This document shows, piece after piece, positions 43,908 through 56,212 of a stretch of DNA of 64,000 nt (positions are counted from its first letter, which is position 1; each line of letters starts with the position of its first letter). The stretch lies in assembly GCF_054482595.1 (NCBI RefSeq), contig NZ_CM137008.1; one strand, written 5' to 3'. The translations under genes were made by a program, and so were the position numbers. Below the pieces are notes generated by a model. It ran no database searches and was not told where the DNA came from. It worked only from the letters and a program-made list of their open reading frames with translations.

Positions 43908-44345
43908 ATGGACAACAAAATATCAACCTATTCACCGGCCTTTAGTATTGTGTCATGGATAGCTCTCGTTGGTGGTATCGTTACCTATCTGTTAGGGCTA
44001 TGGAATGCAGAGATGCAGTTAAATGAAAAAGGATATTATTTTGCCGTACTGGTATTAGGACTGTTTTCTGCGGCGTCTTATCAAAAGACCGTTCGGGACA
44101 AGTATGAAGGCATACCGACCACTTCCATTTATTATATGACCTGCCTGACTGTCTTTATTATCTCTGTTGCATTACTGATGGTAGGTCTGTGGAATGCGAC
44201 ATTATTACTCAGCGAAAAAGGTTTTTATGGACTGGCTTTCTTCTTAAGCTTGTTTGGTGCAGTAGCGGTGCAGAAAAATATTCGTGATGCCGGAATAAAC
44301 CCACCAAAAGAAACACAGGTTACCCAGGAAGAATACAGCGAATAA
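43908..44345 (+). CDS. yiaA: Inner-membrane protein
   Basis: 145-aa [35 protein letters not shown]..., four hydrophobic segments. Confidence 0.8.
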
Positions 44346-44352
44346 CTCACGT

Positions 44353-44384
44353 AAGCCCGGTCAGTCCAATGTGACCGGGCTTTT
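44353..44384. terminator. Bidirectional rho-independent terminator between yiaA and wecH
   Basis: Hairpin gcccggtca...tgaccgggc with T-run on the plus strand; convergent genes on both sides. Confidence 0.65.
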
Positions 44385-44386
44385 AC

Positions 44387-45382
44387 TTAACTCACTAATC
44401 TGTTTCTGTCGATTCGTTGTACCAGCATAGAAAGTAACAAACTCGCTGCCAACGTCGCGCAAAAAATCCAAATAATATCCAGTATTGGCCAATTTTTAAG
44501 CTCAATTCCCCGGGTGCGCAGCGCATGAATAATCAAGGCGTGGAATCCGTATATACCCAACGAATGGCGGGAGATTAAGCCAAGTCCGCGAATGGTACGC
44601 GTATCCAGCGTGTTTTTAACCAGAGTCAATAGCGCGATTGCGCAGATAAAAACCATCGGCCCACTGTAAAGATACCAGGTATCGGCAAAATTTCCGCGCC
44701 ACTGCAATTCATATAATGTCCCGCGAGAGATAATAAAAACTCCCGTCGCAAACAGTGCGGCGCTCACCCACGACAGTGCTTTATGCTGTGTGTCCATCAT
44801 CCCTATAGCGCGGCCCAACATGCCATACAGAATGTAGTAAAAAGTATCGCCATTGATATATAAGTTAATTGGCAGCCATTCAAAACCGTCGATTTTCTGC
44901 GGCACGGTGTTTGGGTTAGCGATGATACCAATCACCACCATTAGCACCAGCAACATTTTTCCGCCGACGTTCTTCACCTGAATCAGCGGTGAAACCAGAT
45001 AAATCACCGCAATCGCGAAGAAAAACCATAAGTGGTAAAACACTGGCTTTTGCAGCAGGTTTTTCAGCGCTAACTCCACATTAATGGAGGTAAACAGTGC
45101 AATGTAGAGCAGCGCGATTGCGCTATAAAAAAACAGACATAAGCCGATACGCAAGAAATGGCGCGGCTGGGCGCTGCGTTCGCCAAAAAAGAGATAGCCG
45201 GAAATCATGAAAAATAGCGGCACGCTGACACGAGAGGCAGAGTTCAGAACATTGGCGATATCCCAGGTGACGGGGCTAACACTATGAGCATTGGTCACAT
45301 ACCAGGTAGTGGTGTGAATCATCACCACCATTAAACACGCTATCCCTCGCAGGTTATCAATCCAGTAAATTTTGGGCTGCAT
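44387..45382 (-). CDS. wecH: Membrane acyltransferase-3 family protein (enterobacterial common antigen O-acetyltransferase)
   Basis: 331-aa polytopic [28 protein letters not shown]... Confidence 0.9.
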   Translation of the reverse strand: MQPKIYWIDNLRGIACLMVVMIHTTTWYVTNAHSVSPVTWDIANVLNSASRVSVPLFFMISGYLFFGERSAQPRHFLRIGLCLFFYSAIALLYIALFTSINVELALKNLLQKPVFYHLWFFFAIAVIYLVSPLIQVKNVGGKMLLVLMVVIGIIANPNTVPQKIDGFEWLPINLYINGDTFYYILYGMLGRAIGMMDTQHKALSWVSAALFATGVFIISRGTLYELQWRGNFADTWYLYSGPMVFICAIALLTLVKNTLDTRTIRGLGLISRHSLGIYGFHALIIHALRTRGIELKNWPILDIIWIFCATLAASLLLSMLVQRIDRNRLVS

Positions 45383-45556
45383 CTGTGTCTCTGTATCTGG
45401 TTAAAAAAAGTCTGACCGATAAATCATTCAGTTGGCGCACTGGAATAATCTGAGTTTTAACACTACAGCTTATAGAGGCTTAAGGAAATTCGTAAGATAT
45501 CAGCCACTATACCGATATAAATAATAAGACTCACCTGCAAACCAGACGGTAATTTA

Positions 45557-45856
45557 ATGATGATGAACGCTTTCTTTCCGGCAATGGCGCTTATGGTGCT
45601 AGTGGGTTGTTCTACACCGTCACCCGTGCAGAAAGCACAACGGGTAAAGGTTGATCCTCTGCGTTCGTTGAATATGGAAGCGTTATGCAAGGATCAGGCG
45701 GCAAAACGTTATAACACCGGCGAGCAAAAAATCGACGTCACCGCCTTCGAACAGTTCCAGGGAAGCTATGAAATGCGCGGTTATACCTTCCGTAAAGAGC
45801 AGTTTGTCTGTTCTTTTGACGCAGATGGCCATTTTTTGCATCTTTCCATGCGTTAA
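45557..45856 (+). CDS. ysaB: Small lipoprotein
   Basis: 99-aa ORF with lipobox (LVGCSTPSP). Confidence 0.85.
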   Translation: MMMNAFFPAMALMVLVGCSTPSPVQKAQRVKVDPLRSLNMEALCKDQAAKRYNTGEQKIDVTAFEQFQGSYEMRGYTFRKEQFVCSFDADGHFLHLSMR

Positions 45857-45950
45857 GCCCTGCTTTTTCCCGTTTCATACTGTATATCTTCCATCCAGCG
45901 GGTATACTGATCCCTTCCTTTAAATCCACACGTATCCAGCACGAAATAAT

Positions 45951-46862
45951 ATGCAAAAGTTTGATACCAGGACCTTCCAGGGCTTGATCCTGACCTTACA
46001 GGATTACTGGGCTCGCCAGGGCTGCACCATTGTTCAACCATTGGACATGGAAGTCGGCGCGGGAACCTCTCACCCAATGACCTGTCTGCGCGCGCTGGGG
46101 CCAGAACCGATGGCGGCTGCTTATGTTCAGCCTTCTCGTCGCCCGACCGATGGTCGCTACGGCGAAAACCCCAACCGTTTACAGCACTACTATCAGTTCC
46201 AGGTGGTCATTAAGCCATCGCCGGACAATATTCAGGAGCTGTACCTTGGTTCTCTGAAAGAGCTGGGCATGGACCCGACTATCCACGATATCCGTTTCGT
46301 GGAAGATAACTGGGAAAACCCGACGCTGGGTGCCTGGGGACTGGGCTGGGAAGTGTGGCTAAACGGCATGGAAGTGACGCAGTTCACTTACTTCCAGCAG
46401 GTTGGTGGTCTGGAGTGTAAACCGGTTACCGGCGAGATCACCTACGGTCTGGAACGTCTGGCCATGTACATTCAGGGCGTAGACAGCGTTTACGACCTGG
46501 TCTGGAGCGACGGCCCGCTGGGTAAAACCACCTACGGCGACGTGTTCCATCAGAACGAAGTGGAGCAGTCCACTTACAACTTCGAATACGCGGACGTGGA
46601 CTTCCTGTTCACCTGCTTCGAGCAGTACGAGAAAGAAGCGCAGCAGCTGCTGGCGCTGGAAAATCCGCTGCCGCTGCCAGCTTACGAGCGTATTCTGAAA
46701 GCCGCCCACAGCTTCAACCTGCTGGATGCGCGTAAAGCCATCTCCGTCACCGAGCGTCAGCGCTACATTCTGCGCATTCGCACCCTGACCAAAGCAGTGG
46801 CAGAAGCATATTACGCTTCCCGTGAAGCCCTCGGCTTCCCGATGTGCAACAAAGATAAGTAA
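45951..46862 (+). CDS. glyQ: Glycine--tRNA ligase alpha subunit
   Basis: 303-aa [42 protein letters not shown]... Confidence 0.97.
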
Positions 46863-46871
46863 GAGGCGGCT

Positions 46872-48941
46872 ATGTCTGAGAAAACTTTTCTGGTGGAAAT
46901 CGGCACTGAAGAGCTGCCACCAAAAGCACTGCGCAGCCTGGCAGAGTCCTTTGCTGCGAACTTTACTGCGGAGCTGGATAACGCAGGCCTCGCACACGGC
47001 ACCGTTCAATGGTTTGCTGCTCCGCGTCGTCTGGCGCTGAAAGTAGCTAACCTGGCGGAAGCGCAACCGGATCGTGAAATCGAAAAACGCGGCCCGGCGA
47101 TTGCCCAGGCGTTCGACGCTGAAGGCAAACCGAGCAAAGCGGCAGAAGGTTGGGCGCGTGGTTGCGGTATTACCGTTGACCAGGCTGAGCGTCTGACTAC
47201 CGATAAAGGCGAATGGCTGCTGTATCGCGCCCATGTGAAGGGCGAAAGCACTGAAGCACTGCTGCCGAATATGGTTGCGACTTCGCTGGCGAAACTGCCG
47301 ATTCCGAAACTGATGCGCTGGGGTGCAAGCGACGTGCACTTCGTGCGTCCGGTGCACACCGTGACCCTGCTGCTGGGCGACAAAGTCATTCCTGCAACCA
47401 TTCTGGGCATTCAGTCCGATCGCGTGATTCGCGGCCACCGCTTTATGGGCGAGCCGGAATTCACCATCGATAACGCCGATCAGTATCCGGAAATTCTGCG
47501 TGAGCGTGGGAAAGTCATCGCCGATTACGAAGAACGTAAGGCGAAGATTAAAGCCGATGCCGAAGAAGCAGCGCGTAAGATTGGCGGTAACGCTGACTTA
47601 AGCGAAAGCCTGCTGGAAGAAGTGGCTTCGCTGGTGGAGTGGCCGGTCGTTCTAACCGCGAAATTTGAAGAGAAATTCCTCGCGGTGCCGTCTGAAGCAC
47701 TGGTTTACACCATGAAAGGTGACCAGAAGTACTTCCCGGTGTATGCGAACGACGGCAAACTGCTGCCGAACTTTATCTTCGTTGCCAACATCGAATCGAA
47801 AGATCCGCAGCAAATTATCTCTGGTAACGAGAAAGTCGTTCGTCCACGTCTGGCTGATGCCGAGTTCTTCTTCAACACCGACCGTAAAAAACGTCTGGAA
47901 GATAACCTGCCGCGTCTGCAAACCGTGCTGTTCCAGCAACAGCTGGGTACGCTGCGTGACAAGACTGACCGCATCCAGGCGCTGGCTGGCTGGATCGCCG
48001 AACAGATTGGCGCTGACGTTAACCACGCAACCCGTGCGGGCCTGCTGTCTAAGTGTGACCTGATGACCAACATGGTCTTCGAGTTCACCGACACCCAAGG
48101 CGTTATGGGGATGCACTATGCGCGTCACGATGGCGAAGCGGAAGACGTAGCCGTGGCGCTGAATGAGCAGTATCAGCCGCGTTTTGCTGGTGATGACCTG
48201 CCGTCCAACCCGGTAGCTTGTGCGCTGGCGATTGCTGACAAGATGGATACTCTGGCGGGTATCTTCGGTATCGGTCAGCATCCGAAAGGCGACAAAGACC
48301 CGTTTGCGCTGCGTCGTGCCGCGCTTGGCGTGCTGCGTATTATCGTTGAGAAGAACCTCAACCTTGATCTGCAAACGCTGACCGAAGAAGCGGTGCGTCT
48401 GTATGGCGATAAGCTGACTAATGCCAACGTAGTTGATGATGTTATCGACTTTATGCTCGGTCGCTTCCGCGCCTGGTATCAGGACGAAGGTTATACCGTT
48501 GACACCATCCAGGCGGTACTGGCGCGTCGTCCGACTCGTCCGGCTGATTTCGATGCCCGCATGAAAGCGGTATCGCACTTCCGTACCCTGGAAGCAGCTG
48601 CAGCACTGGCGGCGGCGAACAAACGTGTATCTAACATCCTGGCGAAATCTGACGAAGTGCTGAGCGATCGCGTGAATGCCTCTACTCTGAAAGAGCCGGA
48701 AGAAATTAAACTGGCGATGCAGGTTGTGGTGCTACGTGACAAGCTGGAGCCGTACTTTGCGGAAGGTCGTTACCAGGATGCGCTGGTCGAACTGGCAGAG
48801 CTGCGTGAACCGGTCGATGCCTTCTTCGATAAAGTGATGGTCATGGTTGATGACAAAGAATTGCGTATCAACCGTCTGACCATGCTGGAGAAACTGCGCG
48901 AACTGTTCCTGCGCGTTGCGGATATTTCGCTGTTGCAGTAA
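46872..48941 (+). CDS. glyS: Glycine--tRNA ligase beta subunit
   Basis: 689-aa ORF immediately downstream of glyQ. Confidence 0.97.
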   Translation: MSEKTFLVEIGTEELPPKALRSLAESFAANFTAELDNAGLAHGTVQWFAAPRRLALKVANLAEAQPDREIEKRGPAIAQAFDAEGKPSKAAEGWARGCGITVDQAERLTTDKGEWLLYRAHVKGESTEALLPNMVATSLAKLPIPKLMRWGASDVHFVRPVHTVTLLLGDKVIPATILGIQSDRVIRGHRFMGEPEFTIDNADQYPEILRERGKVIADYEERKAKIKADAEEAARKIGGNADLSESLLEEVASLVEWPVVLTAKFEEKFLAVPSEALVYTMKGDQKYFPVYANDGKLLPNFIFVANIESKDPQQIISGNEKVVRPRLADAEFFFNTDRKKRLEDNLPRLQTVLFQQQLGTLRDKTDRIQALAGWIAEQIGADVNHATRAGLLSKCDLMTNMVFEFTDTQGVMGMHYARHDGEAEDVAVALNEQYQPRFAGDDLPSNPVACALAIADKMDTLAGIFGIGQHPKGDKDPFALRRAALGVLRIIVEKNLNLDLQTLTEEAVRLYGDKLTNANVVDDVIDFMLGRFRAWYQDEGYTVDTIQAVLARRPTRPADFDARMKAVSHFRTLEAAAALAAANKRVSNILAKSDEVLSDRVNASTLKEPEEIKLAMQVVVLRDKLEPYFAEGRYQDALVELAELREPVDAFFDKVMVMVDDKELRINRLTMLEKLRELFLRVADISLLQ

Positions 48942-48955
48942 TAACGCCGTTATTA

Positions 48956-48985
48956 AAAAGCCTGCCATCTGGCAGGCTTTTTTTA
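48956..48985 (+). terminator. Rho-independent terminator of glyQS
   Basis: gcctgccatctggcaggc hairpin followed by ttttttt. Confidence 0.8.
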
Positions 48986-49262
48986 TCGCTAAATAATACA
49001 GCAACCTTTAATAATCTTCTGCTGAATAAAGATTATCTCATATATTAATTTTATGAGATTTTTTAGGATTATATCAAGGAGAAGAAACAAACTTATTAAG
49101 CTAGAATAGCCACGGGTGCTTGAGACTGTTTGTCTCAGGTATTCACCGAAAGGCAGACAGAGAAAAGCCCCACCTGACTATAAATCAAAGTGAGGCCCCT
49201 CTATGCATAGACACCATAAGGTTAGCCTCTTACTCGTTGGAAATCAACACAGGGGGCTGGGA

Positions 49263-49415
49263 ATGCCGCAGAAATATAGATTGCTTTCTTTAATAGTGAT
49301 TTGTTTCACGCTTTTATTTTTCACCTGGATGATAAGAGATTCACTGTGTGAATTGCATATTAAACAGGGGAGTTATGAGCTGGCGGCATTTTTAGCCTGC
49401 AATTTGAAAGAGTAA
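49263..49415 (+). CDS. hokA: Hok-family small membrane toxin (type I toxin-antitoxin locus)
   Basis: 50-aa reading frame MPQKYRLLSLIVICFTLLFFTWMIRDSLCELHIKQGSYELAAFLACNLKE, typical Hok; followed by a GC hairpin (cggcgggaagttattcccgcc, about 49424-49444) resembling the 3' fold-back element of hok mRNAs. Confidence 0.8.
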   Translation: MPQKYRLLSLIVICFTLLFFTWMIRDSLCELHIKQGSYELAAFLACNLKE

Positions 49416-49544
49416 GAGTCTTCGGCGGGAAGTTATTCCCGCCTTTCTTACGGCGTTGCGCATTCTCATTGCACCCAAATTTATTTTTCACAAAAATAAT
49501 ACTAGATTTTATTACGCGATCGATTATTTATTTCCTGAAAAACA

Positions 49545-49580
49545 AATAAAAAAATCCCCGCCAAATGGCAGGGATCTTAG
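49545..49580 (-). terminator. Rho-independent terminator of cspA
   Basis: On the minus strand: atccctgccatttggcgggga hairpin followed by a T-run, immediately after the cspA stop. Confidence 0.7.
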
Positions 49581-49602
49581 ATTCTGTGCTTTTAAGCAGA
49601 GA

Positions 49603-49815
49603 TTACAGGCTGGTTACGTTACCAGCTGCCGGGCCTTTAGCGCCGCTTTCGATGGTGAAGGACACTTTCTGACCTTCGTCCAGAGATTTGTAACCATCGT
49701 TCTGGATAGCAGAGAAGTGTACGAACACGTCTTTAGAGCCATCGTCAGGAGTGATGAAGCCGAAGCCTTTGTCAGCGTTGAACCATTTTACGATACCAGT
49801 CATTTTACCGGACAT
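49603..49815 (-). CDS. cspA: Major cold-shock protein
   Basis: 70-aa [73 protein letters not shown]. Confidence 0.97.
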
Positions 49816-50095
49816 AGTGTATTACCTTTAATAATTAAGTGTGCCTTTCGGCGATATGGCGTGCTTTACAGATTTTGAAGCGTTAAAGGAATGTGCACTA
49901 CGAGGGGTATCAACGATAACTCTTGAAGGGACTTGCCTTACTACACTGCTTTAATGGTCTGTACGTCAAACCGTTGATGTGCATTAAGCCACGCATTGGC
50001 GGGTGATGCAACAATTATTTTTCATATTTATGATTAATCGGTTGGAAAACGGTCCTGTCATCAGGACCGTAAACCGCAATAAAGTGGATAAAAGT

Positions 50096-50386
50096 CTATT
50101 CCATCAACTGCTTACTTAATGCCGGGTTGGCTTGAATCAAACGCATCAATTTTAGTTCGGCACTTGAAGGCTTCACGCGTCTGGATTCCCATTCCTTTAC
50201 CATGGCGACTGATACGCCCAAAACCCGGGCGAAATCATCGATTTTTAATCCTGTCCCTTTTCGTAACTGCTCAATTTCGGTACAGGACGTTGTTCTGTGC
50301 GTCAGGGTAATTTTCTGCGTTTCATCTTTAAAAACAATCTGTTCCAGGCTGCTCAACAGCTCATGCATTGGATCTTTATATTCCAT
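50096..50386 (-). CDS. yiaG: XRE-family HTH transcriptional regulator
   Basis: 96-aa ORF with HTH (LKIDDFARVLGVSVAMVKEWES). Confidence 0.85.
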   Translation of the reverse strand: MEYKDPMHELLSSLEQIVFKDETQKITLTHRTTSCTEIEQLRKGTGLKIDDFARVLGVSVAMVKEWESRRVKPSSAELKLMRLIQANPALSKQLME

Positions 50387-50819
50387 TGAAAACTCCTCAA
50401 ATCACACTGCGGGATCGTGAATTGCATCGAAGCTCATTAAGAATAGTCGGGAAAAGCAGACACAGCGGGGTGAAGTCAGGGCATGCTCTGGCTATGATTC
50501 GATTCAGCCAGTCATTTAGCGTGACTTATAGCCACCTAACGATCTGATAAATGCCGATATATCTCTTACCACTCCTGGTTTGTAAAGATTTCGAAAATCT
50601 AACCTTCTGCGAAGGCGTAAATCTCTGGCTACAAAAAAGGCAACGGCAATATCATTTTTTAACAATGAAACAACAAATTAACCTTGTTTCATTTTCTCCA
50701 TGATTTTACCAGGAAGATTACGTAGAAAGGGTATCCTGCAAGCCTGTCCTGGACTATCCTTGTCACGTCAGACACGCGTGTGTCGTTGTGCGCTTTTTTT
50801 GGGTGAAAGGAGTAAGAAA

Positions 50820-51530
50820 ATGGCGACAGGAAAGTCCTGCTCTCGCTGGTTTGCGCCTCTTGCGGCGTTATTAATGGTAGTTAGCCTGAGTGGGTGTTTT
50901 GATAAAGAAGGCGATCAGCGTAAAGCGTTTATCGACTTCCTGCAGAATACAGTGATGCGTAGCGGTGAACGTCTACCAACCCTGACTGCCGATCAGAAAA
51001 AACAGTTTGGTCCTTTTGTCTCTGATTACGCGATTCTGTATGGTTATTCTCAGCAGGTGAATCAGGCGATGGATTCCGGTCTGCGCCCGGTTGTAGACAG
51101 CGTTAACGCAATTCGCGTACCGCAGGATTACGTTACGCAAAGCGGTCCGCTGCGTGAAATGAATGGTTCGCTGGGTGTGCTGGCGCAACAACTGCAAAAT
51201 GCGAAGTTGCAGGCCGATGCTGCGCACTCTGCGCTAAAACAGAGTGATGACCTGAAACCGGTCTTTGATCAGGCATTCACCAAAGTGGTAACGACGCCAG
51301 CTGATGCATTGCAACCATTGATTCCGGCGGCACAAACTTTCACGCAACAACTGGTGATGGTTGGAGACTACATTGCCCAACAAGGTACTCAGGTGAGCTT
51401 TGTAGCAAATGGCATCCAGTTCCCGACTTCACAGCAGGCAAGTGAATATAACAAACTGATTGCGCCATTACCGGCACAGCATCAGGCGTTTAATCAGGCC
51501 TGGACTACAGCAGTTACTGCAACCCAATAA
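50820..51530 (+). CDS. yiaF: Lipoprotein of unknown function (DUF3053)
   Basis: Start at MATGKSCSRWFAPLAALLMVVSLSGCF (lipobox) after SD aaggag, 236 aa; the ORF-track upstream extension is rejected. Confidence 0.85.
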   Translation: MATGKSCSRWFAPLAALLMVVSLSGCFDKEGDQRKAFIDFLQNTVMRSGERLPTLTADQKKQFGPFVSDYAILYGYSQQVNQAMDSGLRPVVDSVNAIRVPQDYVTQSGPLREMNGSLGVLAQQLQNAKLQADAAHSALKQSDDLKPVFDQAFTKVVTTPADALQPLIPAAQTFTQQLVMVGDYIAQQGTQVSFVANGIQFPTSQQASEYNKLIAPLPAQHQAFNQAWTTAVTATQ

Positions 51531-51579
51531 AGAGTAAAAGCCCGAGTGATTATCGGGCTTTACTCCACGCAGTCGCGGC

Positions 51580-52554
51580 TTAGTCCGCGACGTGCGGATT
51601 CACACAGTTCTTCTCAACCTTTCCTAGTAACGCATCAATCAAATTATCCACGGCACAGGCGGCCATGCCATAACGCGTCTCATGGGTGGCAGATCCAATA
51701 TGCGGTACTGCGACGACGTTGGCCATTGAGAGCAACGGCGAATCTACGGAAAGTGGCTCTTGTTCGAAGACATCCAGCCCGGCGGCGTGAATTTCGCCTT
51801 TCTGCAATGCAGCAATCAGTGCATTTTCATCAACCACCGGGCCACGTCCGGCATTAATGAATATGGCGGAGGATTTCATTTTGGCGAATTGTTCTGCGCC
51901 AAATAGATGATACGTCTCATCAGTTAACGGCAGGATCAGGCAAACGAAATCTGACTCTTGTAACAGTGTATCCAAATCGCAGTAGCGGGCGTTGAAGCGT
52001 TCTTCTGCTTCTTTATGGTGGCGGCGCGCGTTATAGAGGATGGGCATGTTGAAGCCAAAGTGCGCACGTTGTGCCAGCGCCATACCGATCCGTCCCATCC
52101 CGACAATGCCCAGTGTTTTATGGTGAACGTCAGTGCCGTACCAGTCCGGGCCTATGCTCGCGGTCCATTCGCCTGCTTTTACCCGTTCTGCTACCTCCAC
52201 AACCCGACGAGCGGTAGACAACATCAGCGCCATCAGCGTATCGGCGACGGTTTCTGTTAATACGGTTGGCGTGTGCATGAGCAGAATTTTTCGGGCGGTA
52301 AGCGCATCGACATCAAAATTGTCATAGCCGACGGAGATCGTTGATGTGGCACGCAGTTTCGGCATTTTTTCCAGCAATGCGGCATCTACATTCTCGTTTG
52401 AACCCAGTAAACCTTCAGCTTCTGCAAAAATTGCTGCATTTTGATCGACGGTTTGTGGGCTGAGGTTTGCCACCTGGTGAACGGTGAAATGCTCTTGCAG
52501 GCGTTGCAGTAAATCATCAGGTAAGGCTTTGTAGAGGATAACGGACGGCTTCAT
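51580..52554 (-). CDS. ghrB: Glyoxylate/hydroxypyruvate reductase B (2-ketoaldonate reductase)
   Basis: Start at [25 protein letters not shown] (324 aa); D-isomer 2-hydroxyacid dehydrogenase family with NAD-binding GxGxxG. Confidence 0.93.
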   Translation of the reverse strand: MKPSVILYKALPDDLLQRLQEHFTVHQVANLSPQTVDQNAAIFAEAEGLLGSNENVDAALLEKMPKLRATSTISVGYDNFDVDALTARKILLMHTPTVLTETVADTLMALMLSTARRVVEVAERVKAGEWTASIGPDWYGTDVHHKTLGIVGMGRIGMALAQRAHFGFNMPILYNARRHHKEAEERFNARYCDLDTLLQESDFVCLILPLTDETYHLFGAEQFAKMKSSAIFINAGRGPVVDENALIAALQKGEIHAAGLDVFEQEPLSVDSPLLSMANVVAVPHIGSATHETRYGMAACAVDNLIDALLGKVEKNCVNPHVAD

Positions 52555-52657
52555 GCTTCTCTCCATTCACTGATAAGGCGATCACCTTAGCCTGAAATAT
52601 GATGAAGGAAAACTGAAGAATGCCAGGTGATTTCTGCATCACCTGGCATGAAAGGGA

Positions 52658-53317
52658 TTACAGCGGGCTTAAGGTAATTTCTACACGGCGGTTTTGCGCC
52701 TTACCTTCTGCGGTGCTGTTGCTGGCGATTGGGTTAGCCGGGCCAAGGCCCTGAGTACGGATGCGGCTGGCGTCCACGCCCTGGGTGATCAACGCGCTGG
52801 CAACGGAATCCGCACGCTGCTGGGAGAGACGCATGTTCAGATCGTGACCACCCGTGCTGTCGGTATAACCAATCACGTTAACCGCCGTTTTCGGATACTC
52901 TTTCAGCACCATTGCCACGCCGGTCAGGGTGTTAGCGCCCGCAGGTTTCAGGGTCGCGCTGCTGCTGTCGAAGGTCACATTGTTCGGCATATTGAGGATA
53001 ATGTTATCCCCGCTGCGGGTTACGCTAACACCAGTGCCGCGCATTTTGTCACGCAGCTTCGCTTCCTGCACATCCATGTAATAACCCACGCCGCCGCCCA
53101 GAGCTGCGCCTGCTGCTGCGCCAATCAGCGCGCCTTTACCGCGATCTTTCTTAGAAGAAGAGAGCGCTCCAATACCCGCGCCCACGAGAGAGCCCAGACC
53201 TGCGCCGATAGCAGATTTACCTGCTTCGCGTTCGCCGGTGTAAGGGTTAGTTGTGCAGCCAGATACCGCCAGAGCGCCACTCACTACGGCGGCAATAAGA
53301 TAAACACGTTTCTTCAT
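52658..53317 (-). CDS. yiaD: OmpA-domain outer-membrane lipoprotein
   Basis: 219-aa ORF with lipobox (ALAVSGCTTN), glycine-zipper region and C-terminal OmpA peptidoglycan-binding domain. Confidence 0.9.
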   Translation of the reverse strand: MKKRVYLIAAVVSGALAVSGCTTNPYTGEREAGKSAIGAGLGSLVGAGIGALSSSKKDRGKGALIGAAAGAALGGGVGYYMDVQEAKLRDKMRGTGVSVTRSGDNIILNMPNNVTFDSSSATLKPAGANTLTGVAMVLKEYPKTAVNVIGYTDSTGGHDLNMRLSQQRADSVASALITQGVDASRIRTQGLGPANPIASNSTAEGKAQNRRVEITLSPL

Positions 53318-53469
53318 TGTTAATCCTTAATAACCTTTTTATTCTTTGCCACGGGTTCCGTGGCGGGAGATTATGCCGCGTGAACATGAAGATTATTCCT
53401 GGGAATACTCGGAAATTTGTAAGTAATATTTAACTGCTCAATACATCTAACCTTTCAGGAGTCTTCGGT

Positions 53470-55803
53470 TTGGCCAACTCATCCTCACGATATTCCGTTC
53501 TGACTGCCGCCCATTGGGGGCCCATGCTGGTTGAAACCGACGGCGAAACCGTGTTTAGCTCGCGTGGCGCGTTAGCCACAGGAATGGAAAACTCCTTGCA
53601 GAGCGCGGTTCGCGACCAGGTTCACAGCAATACGCGGGTACGATTTCCAATGGTGCGCAAAGGCTTTCTCGCGTCACCGGAAAACCCGCAAGGCATTCGT
53701 GGGCAGGATGAATTTGTTCGCGTGAGTTGGGATGAGGCGCTGGATCTTATTCACCAACAACATAAACGCATTCGTGAGGCTTATGGTCCGGCATCGATTT
53801 TTGCTGGTTCCTACGGCTGGCGTTCAAACGGCGTGCTGCATAAGGCCTCGACATTATTACAACGCTATATGGCGCTGGCAGGCGGTTATACCGGGCATCT
53901 GGGGGATTATTCGACCGGTGCGGCACAGGCGATCATGCCGTATGTCGTGGGTGGCAGCGAAGTTTATCAACAGCAAACCAGTTGGCCGCTGGTGCTGGAA
54001 CATAGCGATGTCGTGGTGCTGTGGAGTGCTAACCCACTCAATACGCTGAAAATTGCGTGGAATGCATCTGATGAGCAGGGGCTTTCTTACTTTTCCGCAC
54101 TGCGTGACAGCGGGAAAAAGCTGATCTGCATTGATCCAATGCGATCGGAAACCGTCGATTTCTTTGGCGATAAAATGGAGTGGGTGGCACCGCACATGGG
54201 CACCGATGTTGCGCTGATGCTGGGGATCGCCCATACGTTGGTGGAAAATGGTTGGCACGACGAAGCGTTTCTGGCGCGTTGCACCACCGGTTATGCCGTC
54301 TTCGCCTCTTATTTGCTGGGCGAGAGTGACGGAATAGCGAAAAACGCCGAATGGGCGGCAGAGATTTGTGGTGTTGGCGCAGCGAAAATCCGCGAGCTGG
54401 CGGCTATTTTCCACCAAAATACCACCATGCTGATGGCAGGCTGGGGAATGCAGCGCCAACAGTTTGGTGAGCAAAAACACTGGATGATCGTCACGCTGGC
54501 AGCAATGTTGGGGCAAATCGGCACACCCGGCGGCGGTTTTGGTCTTTCTTATCATTTTGCCAATGGTGGTAACCCCACGCGGCGTTCTGCGGTGCTCTCT
54601 TCCATGCAGGGCAGCTTGCCGGGTGGCTGCGATGCGGTGGATAAAATCCCTGTTGCCCGCATTGTTGAAGCACTGGAAAACCCTGGTGGCGCATATCAAC
54701 ACAACGGTATGAACCGACATTTCCCGGATATTCGTTTTATCTGGTGGGCGGGCGGTGCCAACTTTACTCATCATCAGGATACCAATCGCCTGATCCGTGC
54801 CTGGCAAAAACCGGAGCTGGTGGTGATCTCTGAATGCTTCTGGACGGCGGCGGCAAAACACGCGGATATCGTTCTGCCTGCGACTACCTCTTTTGAGCGT
54901 AATGATCTCACCATGACCGGTGATTACAGTAATCAGCATCTGGTGCCGATGAAGCAAGTGGTGCCGCCACGCTATGAAGCGCGTAATGATTTTGATGTTT
55001 TTGCCGAGTTAAGTGAACGCTGGGAGAAGGGCGGTTATGCACGTTTTACGGAAGGAAAAAGTGAGCTGCAATGGCTGGAAACGTTTTATAACGTTGCCCG
55101 ACAGCGCGGGGCAAACCAGCAGGTTGAATTGCCGCCATTTGCTGAGTTCTGGCAAGCCAATCAGTTAATTGAGATGCCGGAAAACCCGGACAGCGAGCGG
55201 TTTATTCGCTTCGCTGATTTTTGCCGCGATCCGCAGGCGCATCCATTAAAAACCGCCAGCGGTAAGATTGAAATCTTCTCGCAGCGTATTGCCGATTACG
55301 CTTATCCGGATTGCCCGGGGCATCCAATGTGGCTGGTGCCGGACGAATGGCAGGGCAATGCCGAACCGGAACAGTTACAGGTACTTTCTGCTCATCCGGC
55401 GCATCGTCTGCACAGCCAGCTGAATTACAGTTCTCTGCGCGAATTGTACGCGGTGGCAAACCGTGAGCCTGTCACCATTCATCCTGACGATGCCCAGGCG
55501 CGCGGCATACAAGATGGCGATACTGTTCGGCTGTGGAACTCACGCGGGCAAATTCTTGCCGGAGCGGTCATTAGCGAGGGAATTAAACCTGGCGTGATTT
55601 GCATTCACGAAGGGGCATGGCCGGATCTGGATTTAACCGCTGACGGTATTTGTAAAAACGGCGCAGTGAACGTGCTGACCAAAGATCTCCCCAGCTCGCG
55701 GCTGGGGAATGGCTGTGCGGGTAATACGGCGCTGGCATGGCTAGAAAAATACAACGGTCCGGAACTGACACTTACAGCGTTTGAACCACCGGCCAGCTCA
55801 TAA
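53470..55803 (+). CDS. bisC: Biotin sulfoxide reductase (molybdopterin oxidoreductase)
   Basis: 777-aa ORF; the track start at 53470 is a TTG codon preceded by SD aggag; DMSO-reductase-family domains. Confidence 0.9.
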   Translation: MANSSSRYSVLTAAHWGPMLVETDGETVFSSRGALATGMENSLQSAVRDQVHSNTRVRFPMVRKGFLASPENPQGIRGQDEFVRVSWDEALDLIHQQHKRIREAYGPASIFAGSYGWRSNGVLHKASTLLQRYMALAGGYTGHLGDYSTGAAQAIMPYVVGGSEVYQQQTSWPLVLEHSDVVVLWSANPLNTLKIAWNASDEQGLSYFSALRDSGKKLICIDPMRSETVDFFGDKMEWVAPHMGTDVALMLGIAHTLVENGWHDEAFLARCTTGYAVFASYLLGESDGIAKNAEWAAEICGVGAAKIRELAAIFHQNTTMLMAGWGMQRQQFGEQKHWMIVTLAAMLGQIGTPGGGFGLSYHFANGGNPTRRSAVLSSMQGSLPGGCDAVDKIPVARIVEALENPGGAYQHNGMNRHFPDIRFIWWAGGANFTHHQDTNRLIRAWQKPELVVISECFWTAAAKHADIVLPATTSFERNDLTMTGDYSNQHLVPMKQVVPPRYEARNDFDVFAELSERWEKGGYARFTEGKSELQWLETFYNVARQRGANQQVELPPFAEFWQANQLIEMPENPDSERFIRFADFCRDPQAHPLKTASGKIEIFSQRIADYAYPDCPGHPMWLVPDEWQGNAEPEQLQVLSAHPAHRLHSQLNYSSLRELYAVANREPVTIHPDDAQARGIQDGDTVRLWNSRGQILAGAVISEGIKPGVICIHEGAWPDLDLTADGICKNGAVNVLTKDLPSSRLGNGCAGNTALAWLEKYNGPELTLTAFEPPASS

Positions 55804-56212
55804 TCCAGGTGGGTAGTTGGGTTTCATCCTGCCATGCGCAATCGACAATGTGAAAACCCTGCGCCTGGTAAAAATCTATCGCCGGTTGATTTTTTTGATA
55901 AACCTCCAGCATCAGATGGGGATGGCGCTGTTGCACATACTGCATCAGCGCCTTACCAATACCGCGCCTGACGGCCTTCGGTGCGACAAACATCGCTGCC
56001 AGAAATCGGCCTTCCATAATGCTGACAAAACCAAGAAGCTTACTGTCTTCTTCCCAGACCCAGTTTTGTGCGTTGGCAAGATAGGCATCCCGCACCAGCG
56101 GAATGCACTCGCGCCAGTAATTCGCTTTTATAAAGGGATGGCCCCAGGTTGTACTTTCCAGCCACAGTTCGAGGATCGCGGGGAGTTCTGAACGTTGCGC
56201 TTCCCTAATCAT
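55772..56212 (-). CDS. yiaC: GNAT-family N-acetyltransferase
   Basis: 146-aa ORF; start overlaps the tag stop (ATGA); 3' end overlaps the bisC 3' end by 32 nt, convergent. Confidence 0.88.
   Translation of the reverse strand: MIREAQRSELPAILELWLESTTWGHPFIKANYWRECIPLVRDAYLANAQNWVWEEDSKLLGFVSIMEGRFLAAMFVAPKAVRRGIGKALMQYVQQRHPHLMLEVYQKNQPAIDFYQAQGFHIVDCAWQDETQLPTWIMSWPVVQTL

Noticed and set aside
46359-48578. Long minus-strand ORFs (359 aa and 308 aa) overlapping glyQ/glyS
   Set aside because: Antisense to essential tRNA synthetase genes; low-complexity composition; no start-site support.
53857-54957. 366-aa minus-strand ORF inside bisC
   Set aside because: Antisense artefact within a conserved molybdoenzyme gene.
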